Source: Eledone cirrhosa
Lineage: Eukaryota
Assembly (NCBI GenBank): GCA_964016885.1
Contig: OZ024747.1
Span: forward strand, 61,008,001-61,072,000
Length of the DNA: 64,000 nucleotides
Direction: 5' to 3'
Position numbers and translations under genes: made by a program. Shown in pieces: positions 12,061 to 27,815 of this stretch. Under the pieces are notes generated by a model. It was not told the origin of the DNA, made no database searches, and saw only the letters and a list, made by a program, of their open reading frames with translations. Positions within the stretch are counted from its first letter, which is position 1. Each line of letters starts with the position of its first letter.

Positions 12061-14025
12061 GGTCTTTGAATTCTTTCATTTCTCTTCTTTTTTTTTTATT
12101 ATCATTGCAAAACGGTTGATGGTGATGGTGTCTGGGTAGTTGGCATATGTTGGTAGTGGTTTATGGTGCTGGTTGTTAGTAGATGACTAGTGAGGGATGG
12201 TTATTATTTTATCTGACTGCTTCCTGTGCATGCTTGTTGCTATCAAGTTCTCTGATGTCATTGGTCCCCAAACTGCTGTTTTCCACCTCCCTTCTCCCAT
12301 CCATGTTACTGATGCTGGCATGGCTTTGCTTGGTTGTCACTAATTGTCTCTCTGAGATGCACAAACAGGCAACCAAACAATTGCTGTATTGATACCCCAC
12401 ACATCAAAATGTTGCTGTGCAATAGTTTTAGATTAAAAATATTTTTGCTCAAAGTATCAAACTTTCTGTTTGCTGGTTAGGAAAAATTAGAGGGTAGATT
12501 TATTGTCAAAGTTTGAGAATAGATGGATTAGAGAACTATGTCTTTTTCATATTTCCCATTTTTAGCATATCTACAGCTGGATGCCTTTCTTAGTGCCAAC
12601 CTCTTTACTGAGTGTACTGGATGTCATTTATCATTTCACCAACACTACTACTTTAGAGAATGTAATGGGTGTATTTTATTGTGGCACCAGTACTACCATT
12701 TCACAGCGTCAACTGGACGCAATTTATCATGGCACCAGGACTACCACTTTACAGAGTGGACTGCATGCAATTTATCAACGGTCATCAGCACTACCACTTT
12801 ACAGAGTGTACTGGGTGTATTCTTTCATGATACCAACAATATCACTTACAAAATGACAGACATCAAAACTTTCCATTTCAGTCCTATGAATACTAAGATT
12901 GTAAGAAAACATTTTTAGATATTGAAGAAAATGTAAAAGATGTAAAAATATTAGACAGAAACGAGACTAGACTGCTCTGATGGTAGTGAGTGTAGAATAG
13001 GGTGTAGTGGAAGTTGTTGGTGGTGGTGGTGGTGGTGGTGGTGGTGGTGGTGGTGGTGGTGGTGGTGGTGGTGGAGGAGAGAGGTGTAGTGAAAGATGTT
13101 GTTGTTATTGGTGGTGGTGGTAGAGAGAGATGGTGGTGGGAGAAAGGGGGGAATGGAGGTAGTGAGAGATGGTGGTGGGAGAAAGGGGGAATGGAGGTAG
13201 TGAGAGATGGTGGTGGGAGAAAGGGGGAATGGAGGTAGTGAGAGATGGTGGTGATGGAGAGGGGGATGGTGGTAGAGAGGGGGAATGGCGATGGTAGGGA
13301 GGGGTGATGGTGGTAGTGAGAGATGGTGGTGGTAGAGAGCGGTGATGGTGGTAGTGAGAGATGGTGGTGGTAGAGAGCGGTGATGGTGGTAGTGAGAGAT
13401 GGTGATGGTAGAGAGCGGTGATGGTGGTGGTGGTAGAGAGTGGTGATGGTGGTAGTGAGAGATGATGGTGGTAGAGAGGGGTGATGGTGGTAGAGAGGGG
13501 GAATGGTGATGGTAGAGAGCGGTGATGGTGATAGTGAGAGATGGTGGTGGTAGAGAGCGGTGATGGTGGTAGTGAGAGGTGATGGTGGTAGTGAGAGATG
13601 ATGGTGGTAGAGAGGGGTGATGGTGGTAGAGAGGGGGAATGGTGGTGGTAGAGAGCGGTGATGGTGCTAGTGAGAGGTGATGGTGGTAGTGAGAGATGGT
13701 GGTGGTAGTAAGAGATGGTGGTGGTAGTGAGGGGTATGTAGAGAAAGACTGAGGTGTAGTGATGGTGATGGTGATAGAGTTATAGACATCTTGATAGAAG
13801 AGAAAAAATATCCATTTAATAAAATAATTTATCGAATGGTTATTTTCTGCCAACTAAGCAGGATTTTAGTGAGTGGTGGGCGTATTTGGAGAGGAAACAG
13901 AGAGATACAGAAGGTTACAGGTTATAGAGAGGGAGAGTAGGAGGTGAGAAGATGAAGAGAACAAGCTGTAGGGAGAATATGATGTGAAGTGTGGAGGAAA
14001 GAGATTGAGTGAAAAAGATGTTTGG

Positions 14026-14088
<63 letters not shown>

Positions 14089-14154
14089 ACACATATATAT
14101 GTAATATAAACATATATATATATATATGTGTATACATGTATATATATATATATA

Positions 14155-14266
<112 letters not shown>

Positions 14267-14319
14267 ACACATATATATGTAATATAAACATATATATATA
14301 TATATGTGTATACATGTAT

Positions 14320-14356
<37 letters not shown>

Positions 14357-14386
14357 ATATACATTTCTGCAATATATATATACATA

Positions 14387-14437
<51 letters not shown>

Positions 14438-14524
14438 GTATATATATATATATATATATGTATACACACACATATATTTATGTAATATATGTATATATAA
14501 TACACATATTTATGTAATACATCC

Positions 14525-14579
<55 letters not shown>

Positions 14580-14590
14580 TATATATATAT

Positions 14591-14723
<133 letters not shown>

Positions 14724-14922
14724 ACATATGTAATATATATATTGATAAAATGAAGGAAATTTGGAAAGAAAGGGAAGGAGGAGGATGTGTTATATAAGCT
14801 GAGTCAGTGAGTTGATTATTTTCTGAGTCATATTGATCTCTCTGCAGCAACCTAACAGTGAAATATCAAAGGAAGGAGTGTATACAGATAATACTGTATA
14901 TACATATACATGCATATATGTG

Positions 14923-14958
<36 letters not shown>

Positions 14959-15063
14959 CACATATATATATATATATATATATGGATACATGCACACACA
15001 CACATATATATATACAGGTACATGCACAACTACATATATGCACACATGTTTGCATCTATGTAC

Positions 15064-15108
<45 letters not shown>

Positions 15109-15134
15109 TATATATATATACCTACACACACATG

Positions 15135-15182
<48 letters not shown>

Positions 15183-18100
15183 TGTATACAAAGAGACAGA
15201 ATGTGTAAATTTGTAAAATTAGCAGTGTGTTTAATGAGTCAGAAGTTATGTAAATATGTTTAGGTTCAATATTTATACACAATTATATACATACACATAC
15301 TGTCTAAAAGGAAATACACAACCAGTGTGTAATGTTTCAGGTAATGTATAAATGTCACCACTTTCCTGTGTCATTTCAATATAAAATGCTTGAGTTTCAT
15401 TATGGTAGAGATAGTAGACTAGCAAGAAAAGCAGAACTGATCTTTTACATATACAACTAACCCAGGCTCTGCTGCTCTTCGGGCCGAGGAGGGTAAACTC
15501 TCCAAATATTGGTCGCTTTCTGACAGTTGCATGATTTAGCCCGTGGTAGTGGAGACTTCTGGTGTCCTTGAACCTAGGGCCACCTTTCTGCTCGCGACCA
15601 TCGGCACAGTGTTGGCTACCCGCAGCACATCTCCCTCTCCATCCTCCGGAGAAATGCCTTCTCTTTTCTGTCCGCCAGGGCCACGAGGTGACCAGTGCAT
15701 GGGCCCCCATTTGCTTATAATAGTGAGAGATGGGAAGAACAGGTGAGATGGAGGCAGTAACAGTGGGACTTTGGTTCTTTTGTGTTTGGACATGGTGTAT
15801 ATTTATTTACCACACCAGGCATAAACCCATCCATGTCTCATATACTGGTTCGATCCACTTTACTATGCCCCACCCCGATAATGTGTGGCCTTGTGCACAT
15901 ATACAACATTAAGCCATGAAGTAAATAAATGCCTTGTGATTTTTGTTATGTCCTTTTGTTACTCTTTAGCCCCAAATGACATCTAACTACGTCTGTGGCA
16001 GAGTAATCGGGGTTCCATTCTTCATGATCATCGTTTTTACATCCACTTTTCTATGTTTACATGGGTTGGACAGGTCCTCCTCGGTATAGCACCTTTCCAC
16101 TTGTCATGTTCCTACGTCATCTCTTCTATTAGTCATAGTGATTTGTATCTGGCAGAGGAGATGACGAAGGAACATGACAAGTGGAGGGATGCTGTCCTGA
16201 GAAAGATCCTTGTCTTTCATAAAATATAATCTGGAATTCTAAGGGACTGTTGATGATCTGTGTTGGCAGGAATTGGTCTGAAATGGAATGGAATGGAACT
16301 CTATTGGTTTCAACAAGTGTCTCATGTGTTCAATATATGGAACAGCCGGCTCGTAAATTAACATGTAGGCAGTTGAGCACTCTATAGGCTTGAGTACCCT
16401 TAATGTAATTATCAAATAGTATGTGACTAGACATTGGCAGCAGACAGGGTTGGATTTGGTGGGGGTTAATGGGGGCAAGTGACAGCAATAGACATTTATT
16501 TGTACCCTCAGATGGGCATTTTTAGTTTTAGGATGGTTAGAATTTTTTAATTTAATACCTGTATGTATAACTTTTCAGTTCCAATTACTTGCGCCAAGCT
16601 AACTTTGATATGTAAAATTTTGTGGTTTGCTGTGTATTCTAATTTTTTGTGAATGCCCCCATCCCCCAACCTGAAGTGGCCCGGACCCCACAAGGTCTAA
16701 ATCCAATCCTGGCAGCAGGATATTGGATGTGATCAGTAGCAAAATCTAATAAACCAGATTTTTAGTATTGTATTACAATGGTCTCATGTAAATAATCCAT
16801 CATGTTAGATAGATACTGTGAGAACACATAGAGTAGTGCCTTGTGTTCCCTACTACTTGTGCAACTGAAAAATATAGGGCATCCCACTGGATGATTAAGG
16901 ATAGGATAGTATTATAGGTATGGTTCATTTAACAGGCTTCTAAACAGTTTCTGTCCACTCAAATTCTCACACAAAGCTTAAGTCAACCTAAGGCTCTGGT
17001 AAATGACATTTGCCCAAGATGTCATGGAGTGGGATCAAAACATAGATCTAATGAATGTGAAGTGAACATCATAACTATTCAGCCATGCTGCATGCTAAAA
17101 CTTCACGATAATACAGCCATTACAACACAAATACTTCACCATTAAGGCAGAATTACAAAGCAACATGTAGCTATCACTTCAAATTCCACAATTCACCAAC
17201 ATTGAAACAAAACGACTTCCCCATTAAGGCAGAATTATGAAGCAACATGTAGCTTACTACTCAAACTTCACAGTAATACAACCCAAATCTCTGGTGCATA
17301 TTTGTTAATTTTCCTTCTATTTTCTTATGTAGACTTATGAACACATATAAATGTATTCTTTCAACAACTTTAACCTCGATTGTCATTTATATATTGCACT
17401 GCATTCTATATAGCTCATCAAATATATTTCTATGGGAGATTCAATGAAAAATCTGACATTTTTACTACTCTCTGTTTGCATATTAAGAAAATATTGTTGT
17501 AAATTCTACTTGATTTCTGACTACACACTACTTCGTATGATATACAACAACCAGTGTTTTAAGGGCATTGGTTCTGCCGAAGCGGGTGTTAAACTTATGG
17601 CCCTCATGGCAAGCTTAATTATCATATATTCCGCATGGGTCCTTTTTGAGGCAATGTTTTATAACTGGAAGCCCTACCCAGCACCTTCCTATTTCGTAGC
17701 CTCTAATGACATGCAGGGATGTGGTTTACCTGCTATTAATTGGATACACAGTAAGACTTAAATACCAAATTGCAGTTTAAAATAAAGGGCAGACAACTGT
17801 ACTGGACTAAGTTGTTAGAGTGTAGAATGTAGTATTTGTTCCAGCTGTTTGGGTTTTGAGTTCAAATTCTGATGTGGCCTACTTTGGGTGGAAGACTTAA
17901 TCCATCACATAGTTTAACACCACCACCCGATCTTTGGGTAGTAGACTTAATCCATTCATGTAGTTTAACACCACCACCTGTAGTAGACTTAATCCACCAC
18001 CTGACTTTGGGTTCTCTTTAGCAGAGTTCACCCTTTTGTAAGAATTTGAATCAGCTCTCGGGTTTTAGGATGACTTTCTTCCTCTAAACCTGGAGGATGT

Positions 18101-18779
18101 GAAAAAATAATGGATCATAACGGCTGCCATTACCTCCCTGACTAAATGGTAAAAGAAAATTATATACACATACATATGAAAAAAATGAAATTTACTGCTC
18201 ACACCTGGTACACAGGTTTAGCTGGCCTACTATGAAGTTGAATCATATAGAAGGTTCCCAGATGCTTCAATGATAGGGGCTCCAGTCTTATCACACACAC
18301 ACACACAAAGAAAGAAGGAAATAATATTTAGTATGTATAGTATATTTTAAAGCCTGAAGGTTCATCAAGCTGAAGCTTGCCCTGGTTTCATTGGCATTAA
18401 GTGACTAAAAGTATAAAACACTCCCCTGCACTGGACATTGATCTGACACAAGTTTAACTCCAACTTAATTCTGGTCCTAATATTTCAGCTGTGTAGTATA
18501 ATGGATTGGTAGTGTTGGTTGAGTGTCTGACAACATGCTTTATGGCATAGAGTTACGTGCCTTTACAATCTGAGTTCAAATCCTGCCAAAGTTAGCTTTG
18601 CCTTTCATCCTTACAGGGCCAGTAAAATAAAATACCAGTAATACACTGGAGTCAATTTAGCCGACTTTCCCCGCCCCCAAAATTGTTGGCTTTATGCCTA
18701 AATCAGAAACCATTATTTCAGCTGTGTGAATTAAAACAGTATGAAATGTAGTGTTGTGCTCAAGGATATGATGCACCAT

Positions 18780-19865
18780 TTAATCTAGAAATTGAACCTT
18801 ACAAACATAAGTCACTTAATCTAGAAATTGAACCTTACAAACATAAGTCACTTAATCTAGAAATTGAACCTATAACCTTACAATCATAAGTCACTTGATC
18901 TAGAAATTGAACCTTACAATCACGAGTTACTTGATGTAGAAATTAAACCCATAACTTTACAACTATGAGTCACTTGATCTAGAAATTGAACCTAAAACCT
19001 TACAATCACGAGTCAACTTGATCTAGAAATTAAACCTATTACCTTACAGTCATGAGTCACTTGATCTAGAAATTGAACCTAAAACCTTACAATCACGAGT
19101 CAACTTGATCTAGAAATTAAACCTATTACCTTACAGTCATGAGTCACTTGATCTAGAAATTGAACCTATAACCTTACAATCATAAGTCACTTGATCTAGA
19201 AATTGAACCTTACAATCACGAGTTACTTGATGTAGAAATTAAACCCATAACTTTACAACTATGAGTCACTTGATCTAGAAATTGAACCTAAAACCTTACA
19301 ATCACGAGTCAACTTGATCTAGAAATTAAACCTATTACCTTACAGTCATGAGTCACTTGATCTAGAAATTGAACCTAAAACCTTACAATCACGAGTCAAC
19401 TTGATCTAGAAATTAAACCTATTACCTTACAGTCATGAGTCACTTGATCTAGAAATTGAACCTATAACCTTACAATCATAAGTCACTTGATCTAGAAATT
19501 GAACCTAAAACCTTACAATCACGAGTCAACTTGATCTAAAAATTAAACCTATTACCTTACAGTCATGAGTCACTTGATCTAGAAATTGAACCTATAACCT
19601 TACAATCACGAGTCAACTTGATCTAGAAATTAAACCTATTACCTTACAGTCATGAGTCACTTGATCTAGAAATTGAACCTATAACCTTACAATCATAAGT
19701 CACTTGATCTAGAAATTGAACCTTACAATCATGGGTCACTTGATCTAGAAATTGAACCTATAAACTTACAATCATGGGTCACTTGATCTACAAATTGAAC
19801 CTATAAACTTACAATCATGGGTCACTTGATCTAGAAATTGAACCTATAAACTTACAATCATGAGT
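18780..19865. repeat. Minisatellite, ~43-bp unit (~25 copies) expanded from a SINE head
   Basis: GAGTCACTTGATCTAGAAATTGAACCTATAACCTTACAATCAT, flanked by the remaining minus-strand SINE parts. Confidence 0.9.
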
Positions 19866-20256
19866 TGCCCAATAATCACACCAGTAGACCACACGCCTTC
19901 ACTGTATAGTAGAGTTTATTTGTTTGTTTGTTTGATTCTAAATATTCTGTCCATCAATCTTGTGGAATTTTTTGTTCCCTGTCCATTATTCAAGTTATCT
20001 TGGCAAGGAATTCATGTTCTGAACAGACAGATACACACAAAAGTGCATTCACTTGCCGCCTGTCTTATTGTCAATTGTCGAACTAGAAACATCCAGAATT
20101 GACTTCATCAAATACAAAAGAGAGAGAGTGAGATATAGAAAAACAACAAGAAAAGATAAGAGACTTAGCCATCATCCACACATACAGGCACATAGATAGA
20201 TACATACATACATACACAGAGATATATAGATACATAAATACATACACACACATAGA

Positions 20257-20345
20257 TAGATATGTTTCTCTATTAGCCACAGGGGCACAAAAGAAGGGGA
20301 CAAATACAAAGGGGGAAGTTTACATACAATAAAAATGTGTAAAAT
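20257..20345 (-). mobile_element. Short 3' end of a related GATA-associated LINE
   Basis: GATATGTTTCTCTATTAGCCACAGGGGCAC..GGACAAATACAAAGGGGGAAGTTTAC resembles 42467-42531. Confidence 0.55.
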
Positions 20346-21415
20346 ATACACATAGATAGATAGATAGATAGATACATACATACATACATACATACACATA
20401 GATAGATAGATACATACATACATACACATAGATTGATAGATACATACATACATAAATACATACACACATATAGATAGATACATACATACATACACACATA
20501 GATAGATACATTCATACACACACATAGATACATTCATACACACACACACATACACACACACACACAAACACACATAGATACAAACATACACACATACACA
20601 CATACACACATGCATACATACATTAATTCATACATACATACACACACAGGTACATACATTCATGCACATACATACATACATACATACATAAATTCAGAAA
20701 GACACATACATTCATGCACATACATACGTAGATACATAGATACGCATATATACATACATACACAGGTACAAACACACACATATACAAACACACACATATA
20801 CAAACACACACATATACAAACACACACATATACAAACATGCACAGATGCATACACAAAAGCAGGCAGCCATAGTCTCGAGAACCTTCTAGATACAGCAGA
20901 ATCTGGCCACATTTAGAGATCTTTGCTGCCAAAACTAAAAGCCTTCGTGAACACAGATAAAAAATAAACTTTATATTCTTCAAACTCCTGTCAAATAAGA
21001 ACTAAATAACAAAAAAATACCCCAGCCTCACCACATTTAGATCAACATTAACCAAAATACAGAAATACTGGTGGTTATACTAAAGATGGCCGACACTTTG
21101 GCTCTGTGTGTGTGTGTGCATATTATGCGTGTGTATATGTATATATATATATATGTGTGTGTGTATATATATATATTGTGTATGTATCATCATCATCATC
21201 ATCATCATCATTTTACGTCCGCTTGATGATGATGATGATGATGATATATATATTATATGTGTGTGTGCGTGTATATATATATATATATAAATATTATATG
21301 TGTGTATATATATTATATGTGTATGTGTGTGTATATATATTATATGTGTATGTATATATATATATTATATGTGTGTGTATATATATTATATGTGTATGTG
21401 TGTGTATATTATATA

Positions 21416-21446
<31 letters not shown>

Positions 21447-21641
21447 TATATGTGTGTGCATATATATATATATTATATGTGTGTATATATATTATATGTG
21501 TATGTATATATATATATTTTATGTGTGTGTGTGTAAGCATATGAGTATAAATATCCTCAACATTTATTAATGTTATTTTTTGTTGTTGTTGTATATTTCT
21601 TTCCTATTGTACATTGTTTTCAATGTTGTTTTCCTTGTTGC

Positions 21642-21719
<78 letters not shown>

Positions 21720-21792
21720 CACATCTACATATACTATATAAATATATATACATATATATATACATACTATATCCATATATATTATATACACA

Positions 21793-21827
<35 letters not shown>

Positions 21828-21831
<4 letters not shown>

Positions 21832-22138
21832 AGGCACATGGCACATGCAATCGAAAGGTTGTGAGTTCAATTCTCAGACAGGGTGATGTGTTGTTTCCTT
21901 GAGCAAGACACTTTATTTCACATTGCTCCGCTGTAGAAATGAGATGATAGAGACTGTGGTCCCTATCATTCCACTGCAAAGTGGTCGTGGAGGTGCCATG
22001 GCAAAAAAGCACCCAGCACTCACTGTAAATGAAGTTGGTGTTAGGAAGGGCATCCAGCTGTAGATATCAAGCCAGAATCAGTTCCCGTCCCACCCTTGCA
22101 AGCAGGGAAAAGGCGGACGTAAAATGAAATGATGATGA

Positions 22139-22142
<4 letters not shown>
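21828..22142 (+). mobile_element. SINE B copy (internally deleted)
   Basis: Colinear with 57228-57715. Confidence 0.8.
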
Positions 22143-22178
<36 letters not shown>

Positions 22179-22293
22179 TCATTTTATTTCCTTTCAAAAT
22201 TTATATTTCAGTATAGAGTTGAAGTAATGTTTAAATGCAACACTTCGGTGGCATTAAAGAATCGGGTGAGAAATCTATGAGTTGAAACTATAT

Positions 22294-22336
<43 letters not shown>

Positions 22337-22724
22337 TGTAAATGTGGTTGGTGTCAGGAAGGGCATCCAGCTGTAGAAAACCTGCCTGATAGTCCTATGT
22401 GAGTGAGACACGTCACCCAGCCAACCTTGCCTCAAGTGGGACAGCTCCCGTCTAACCCATGCTAGCATGGAAGATGGACGTTAAACGAAAATGATGATAT
22501 ATATGTGTGTGTGTGTGTGTATTATGTATACTGTTTGTATATCTGTATACTACATGCATGTATGTCTTTGTAAATACTCTATATATGTTTGTGTGTATAA
22601 TTTCTGTGTGTTTGTAGTAGTAGTTTGCAGGTGTGTGTATGTAATGGGCAGGTGTGTGTGGTAGGTGGATGTTAAATTCCTACCTCAGGTTTAACTTTAA
22701 CTAGAAATGATTATTTACTGACCT

Positions 22725-23095
22725 ACACAGCCCACAATACACAGCCCACATTACACAGCCCACATTACACTGCCCACATTACACTGCCCACATTACACAG
22801 CCGACATAACACAGCCCACATTACACAGCCCACATTACACAGCCCACTTTACACAGCCCACATTACACAGCCCACTTTACACAGCCCACAGTACACAACC
22901 CACATTACACAGCCCACTTTATGTAGTTCACATTACACCCCTTCACACTATACAACGTACATTACACAACCCACATTACATAATTCATATTACACAGCCC
23001 ACATTACACAACCTTTATTACACAACTCACATTACACAACCCACATTACATAACCCACATTACATAAACTACATTACACAGTCTATATTACACAA
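22725..23095. repeat. 15-bp minisatellite
   Basis: CACATTACACAGCCC repeats. Confidence 0.9.
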
Positions 23096-23629
23096 CCCAA
23101 ACGCCATAACAGACAATAACTTCACATTAGAGTTTTAAGCTATTGTTGTTGTTATTTTGTTTTTGAATTTGTTTTGCAAGATTCCTTATCTGAAAATGTT
23201 TGTTTAAACAGATCTTCTTGTACATTGGTAAGGCCATGCTACCAATAAAAACACACTCACCTGTTGGTTTTCACACCAATATATTATAAACTTCTGATTG
23301 GTTAGTTGGTTCAATTACTGGACGGTTGTTTATTTATTGTCAAAGCTATTTTGTCACACATTCTGTGACCTCCTCAAAGACTGATTTGTTATTCTGTGTC
23401 TCTCCTTTGTTCTGTCTTACACCATCTGGTTTTTGTCTGTTGTTATTATTATTATTTTTAATACTACTTAAAGTTATTACATATATAAATATATGAATGT
23501 ATATTCAATATTATTAACGTTAAAAAGTGAGTCTTGTTGCTATGGAGTTTTGGCTGTTTATCATAGGGTCATCAGACAAGAACTAATGTTTCAATGGCAG
23601 ACACATATGGATATATGAATGTATATATG

Positions 23630-23660
<31 letters not shown>

Positions 23661-23761
23661 ATGTGTGTTTGTAGGTGGTGAGTTTGTGTGTGTACTGTAT
23701 GTAAGCCTTTTCATATGCCCTCTCTCTTTCTCTGCTCCTTCTCTATTTATATATAAACAAA

Positions 23762-23855
<94 letters not shown>

Positions 23856-23983
23856 CATATATTTATATATATAAATGTATATATAAAAATAGATACATAT
23901 ATATGTATATATAAACAAACACACACACATATATATATACACATACACAAACATTTATATATATATACACACGCACACACACG

Positions 23984-24055
<72 letters not shown>

Positions 24056-24184
24056 CATACATACATAAATATACATAAATATATACATATATATATACAT
24101 ATACATATACATAAATATATATAAATGTATGTGTGTATGTGTGTGTGTGTGCATATATATATATATATATGTATATATAAACAA

Positions 24185-24227
<43 letters not shown>

Positions 24228-25567
24228 AACATTTATATATATAAATATATATAATATATTATAAAAATAGATACATATATATGTATATATAGACAAACAC
24301 ACACACTCACATATATATATGCGTGTATGTGTATGTGTGTGTGTGTATGTGTGTGTGTAGTTAATAGCAGATGTATTAATATTTTTGTTGGTGTACTGTA
24401 TAAACTTAACAAATTTTCTTATCTACACCAAGGGAAGTTATCATCACCATCATAAACACCATCATCATCATCATCATCTGTATCATGTTCATCATCATCA
24501 TAATCACCATCAACATATCATCATAATCACCATCATCATCATCATCATCTGTATCATGTTCATCATCATCATAATCACCATCAACATATCATCATAATCA
24601 TCATTATCAGCATCATCGCCATCATCATCATCATCATAATCATCATTATCAGTATCATCACCATCACCACCACCATCACCATCACCATCATCACCATCAT
24701 CACCATCACCATCATCACCACCACCATCACCATCATCATTATTATTGTTATTAGTATTATTTATATATATATTTACTATCAATGATTCTTTTTTATAATT
24801 TCTGCATATTTAGAGAGGAGGGGGGGGGGGGGAGTAGCATAGCCCTTCCCTCTCTCTCACACACACTCCCCCTCTCTCTCTCTCACACACTCCCCCTCTC
24901 TCTCTCTCACACACTCCCCCTCTCTCTCTCACACACACTCCTCCTCTCTCTCTCACACACACTCCTCCTCTCTCTCTCACACACACTCACCCTCTCTCTC
25001 ACACACTCACCCTCTCTCTCTCTCACACACTCACCCTCTCTCTCTCTCACACACTCACCCCTCTCTCTCTCACACACACTCCTCCTCTCTCTCTCTCACA
25101 CACTCCCCCTCTCTCTCTCTCACACACACTCCCGCGCTCTCTCTCACACACACACACCCTCTCTCTTTCTCACACACACACACACTCTCTCTCTCACACA
25201 TACACACTCTCTCTCTCTCTCTCATACATACTCCTCCCTCTCTCTATCACGCACTCTCCCCCTCTCTCTCTCTCACACACACACTCTCTCTCGCACAAAC
25301 TCCCCTTCTCTCTCTCACACACTGCCCCTCTCTCTCTCTCACATGCTCCCTCTCTCTCTCTCACATGCTCCCTCTCTCTCTCTCTCACACACACTCTCCC
25401 TCTCACACACAGTCTCCCTCTCTCTCTCTCACACACGCCCGCCTCTCTCTCTCTCACACACGCTCCCCCCTCTCTCACATATTCCCCCCTCTCTCACCCC
25501 CTCTCATACCCCTCCCTCTCTCTCATACCGCCCCTCTCTCTCTCTCACACACCCGCTCTCTTAGTCT

Positions 25568-26312
25568 ATTACTGGTACTTCATTTTATCAACCCTGTAAC
25601 GATGAAAGGCAAAGCTAACCTCGGCAGGATTTGAACTCAGAACGCAAAGGGACGTAACTCTATGCTGCAAAGCATGTTGTCCGATGCTTGACCGATACTG
25701 CCAATTCACCAATCTTCTTTGCAATAATAATAATGTTTCTACTTTTCTACACACGGCCTGCAATTACCCCAGTGCATTACTGGTACTTTATTTTCTTGAC
25801 CCCGTAAGGATGAAAGGCAAAGTTAACCTCGGCAAATTTGAACTCAGAACGTAAAGAGCCATAACTCTATGCTGCAAAGCATGGTGTCTGACACTCTACC
25901 GATACTGCCAAACCAAATTTCTGATTTAGTCGCAAGGCCAACAAAACTTGGGAAGGGGAAGTCAATGAAATCGACCTCAATGTGTTACTGGTATTTTATT
26001 TTATCACCTTTGTAAAGATGAAAGACAAAGCTAAATTTGGTGGGATTTGAACTCAGAACACAAAGGGATGTAACTCTATGCCATGAAGTATTTTATCCGA
26101 TACTGCCAATCCACCACCGTTTGCAATAATAGTAATTGTTTCTACTTTTTGGCACAAGTCCAGCAATTACCCCAGTGCATTACTGGTACTTTATTTTCTT
26201 GACCCCAAAAGGATGAAAGGCAAAGTTAAACTCGGAGGGATTTGAACTCAGACCGTAAAGGGACGTAACTCTATGCTGCAAAGCATAATGTCCGACCCTC
26301 TACCGATACTGC
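25568..26312 (-). mobile_element. Tandem cluster of 4 SINE A copies
   Basis: Copies at ~25568-25710, 25734-25910, 25918-26117 and 26135-26312. Confidence 0.85.
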
Positions 26313-26899
26313 CCTATAATAATAATAACAACAACAAAGATTTACCATCTGCTTGATCAAAAAGAAATGAACCTCGTTGGTAGTTAGAGACCTGACTTTA
26401 TTCAATCATTATTCTGTTGCTTGTTAAGATCAATTCCACTTCTAGTTGTTTGTCTGAATTTGTATTTTATATAGCTTTTTTCTCTGTATTTGATGTTTTA
26501 TAATTAGTGTGTTGTGAGTCAGACAACCGAAGACATAGAGTTATGTCCCTTGCTCATGTTAAACAGGCATTGCATTCTAACCTTTTTGGCTTCATAAAGA
26601 AATCGATAATTGAGTACTAAAAATGCCAAAAAAAAAAATGATAATAATAATAATAAATAGAAAAATATAGAAAATTTTATTAGATAACATCAAAGAGAGA
26701 AAGCTAAAATATTTCGGACATTTAATTAGAAAAAATAGTTTATGGAGACTGGTAATAGAAAACAAAATGTATTGGAAAAATGAAAGATGAAACTAGAAAT
26801 TATGTGGATGGATATTATGGAGGATTGGTCAAACATAACCCTTTTGATACTAAATTACCTGAAACTGTCTCAAGTGCTATAATACTAGTCAGTTTGTTT

Positions 26900-27815
26900 T
26901 AAAATGTCGACCGTTGTTAATGTTGCTTGCAAAATGGAGGTGTGAGCCAGTGTGAACTATATATAAGTATATATGGTAAATATATTTGGAAGTGATATCA
27001 TGACTGGTAGGTATAGAATCAGTCAGCTGGAATTTGTTGATGTCATAGTATTACTTAACTTGAGAAAAGGTGATCTCAAACTTGCACTTGATATGTTTGA
27101 TGTCGAGTGCTGCATGGTTGGAATGATAATCTGTGCTGTGAAAACTGAGACAATCTTCCTCTCAAGGAAGCCTGTGCAGTGCACTTTAGAGGGAGCTCCA
27201 CCAAAGCAAGTGTAGAAGTTCAAATATCTCAGGGCCATATTCACGAGTGATGGAAGTTAGGAGGCTGAATTAAGTGCAAGAATTGCAGGAGCTGGTGCAG
27301 TAATGTACCAGCTTCAGAATTTGGTAATCAGAAGAAGCGGGGTAGGTATAAAAGCCAAACTTGCTATTTTCAATTTGGTATTCATACCATGAGTCTTGAG
27401 AAATGACTAAAAGAATATGATTGCGAATACAAGCAGCCAAAATGGAGTTCTTCAGAATGGTGTCTGGAATAACATTACCCAATAGAGAGTGTACCTCAGA
27501 GATCAGAGAATCACTCCAGTTAGAACCACTACCTCTCTAAATTGAAAGATTACAACTCCAATACTATGAGCATGGGGTTAGTATATCTCGAAAAAGAATT
27601 GCTGGACAACCAGCAAAACCAGCCAGCAGGAGACCCAGGGATAGACTCCGAGCAAGATGGTTGGATAACATCTATAAGCTTGGCTTGTCTCATTTGGGGA
27701 TCCAGCTGAATTAATTGTAGAGGGTTGCTTCTGCCAGGACCTGCTAGAAGGAGTGTTTGAGAACTCTGTTCCCATGACCCCCTCAGGAATAAGTGGGCAA
27801 AGAAGAAGATATTTA
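26900..27815 (+). mobile_element. Decayed RTE-clade LINE, 3' part
   Basis: QV*KFKYLRAIFTSDG, RIAGAGAVMYQL, IQAAKMEFFR and RRPRDRLRARWLD motifs with frameshifts. Confidence 0.8.

Noticed and set aside
12951-13853. 300-aa His/Pro/Thr ORF
   Set aside because: GGT/GA-rich low-complexity repeat.
23255-23440. Minus-strand exon ending at CAG|GTGAGT
   Set aside because: Stops upstream and no clear acceptor.
23530-23582. Minus-strand CTGATGA with a possible stem I
   Set aside because: No GAAA core at the right position; the same applies to 9864-9870 and 34710.
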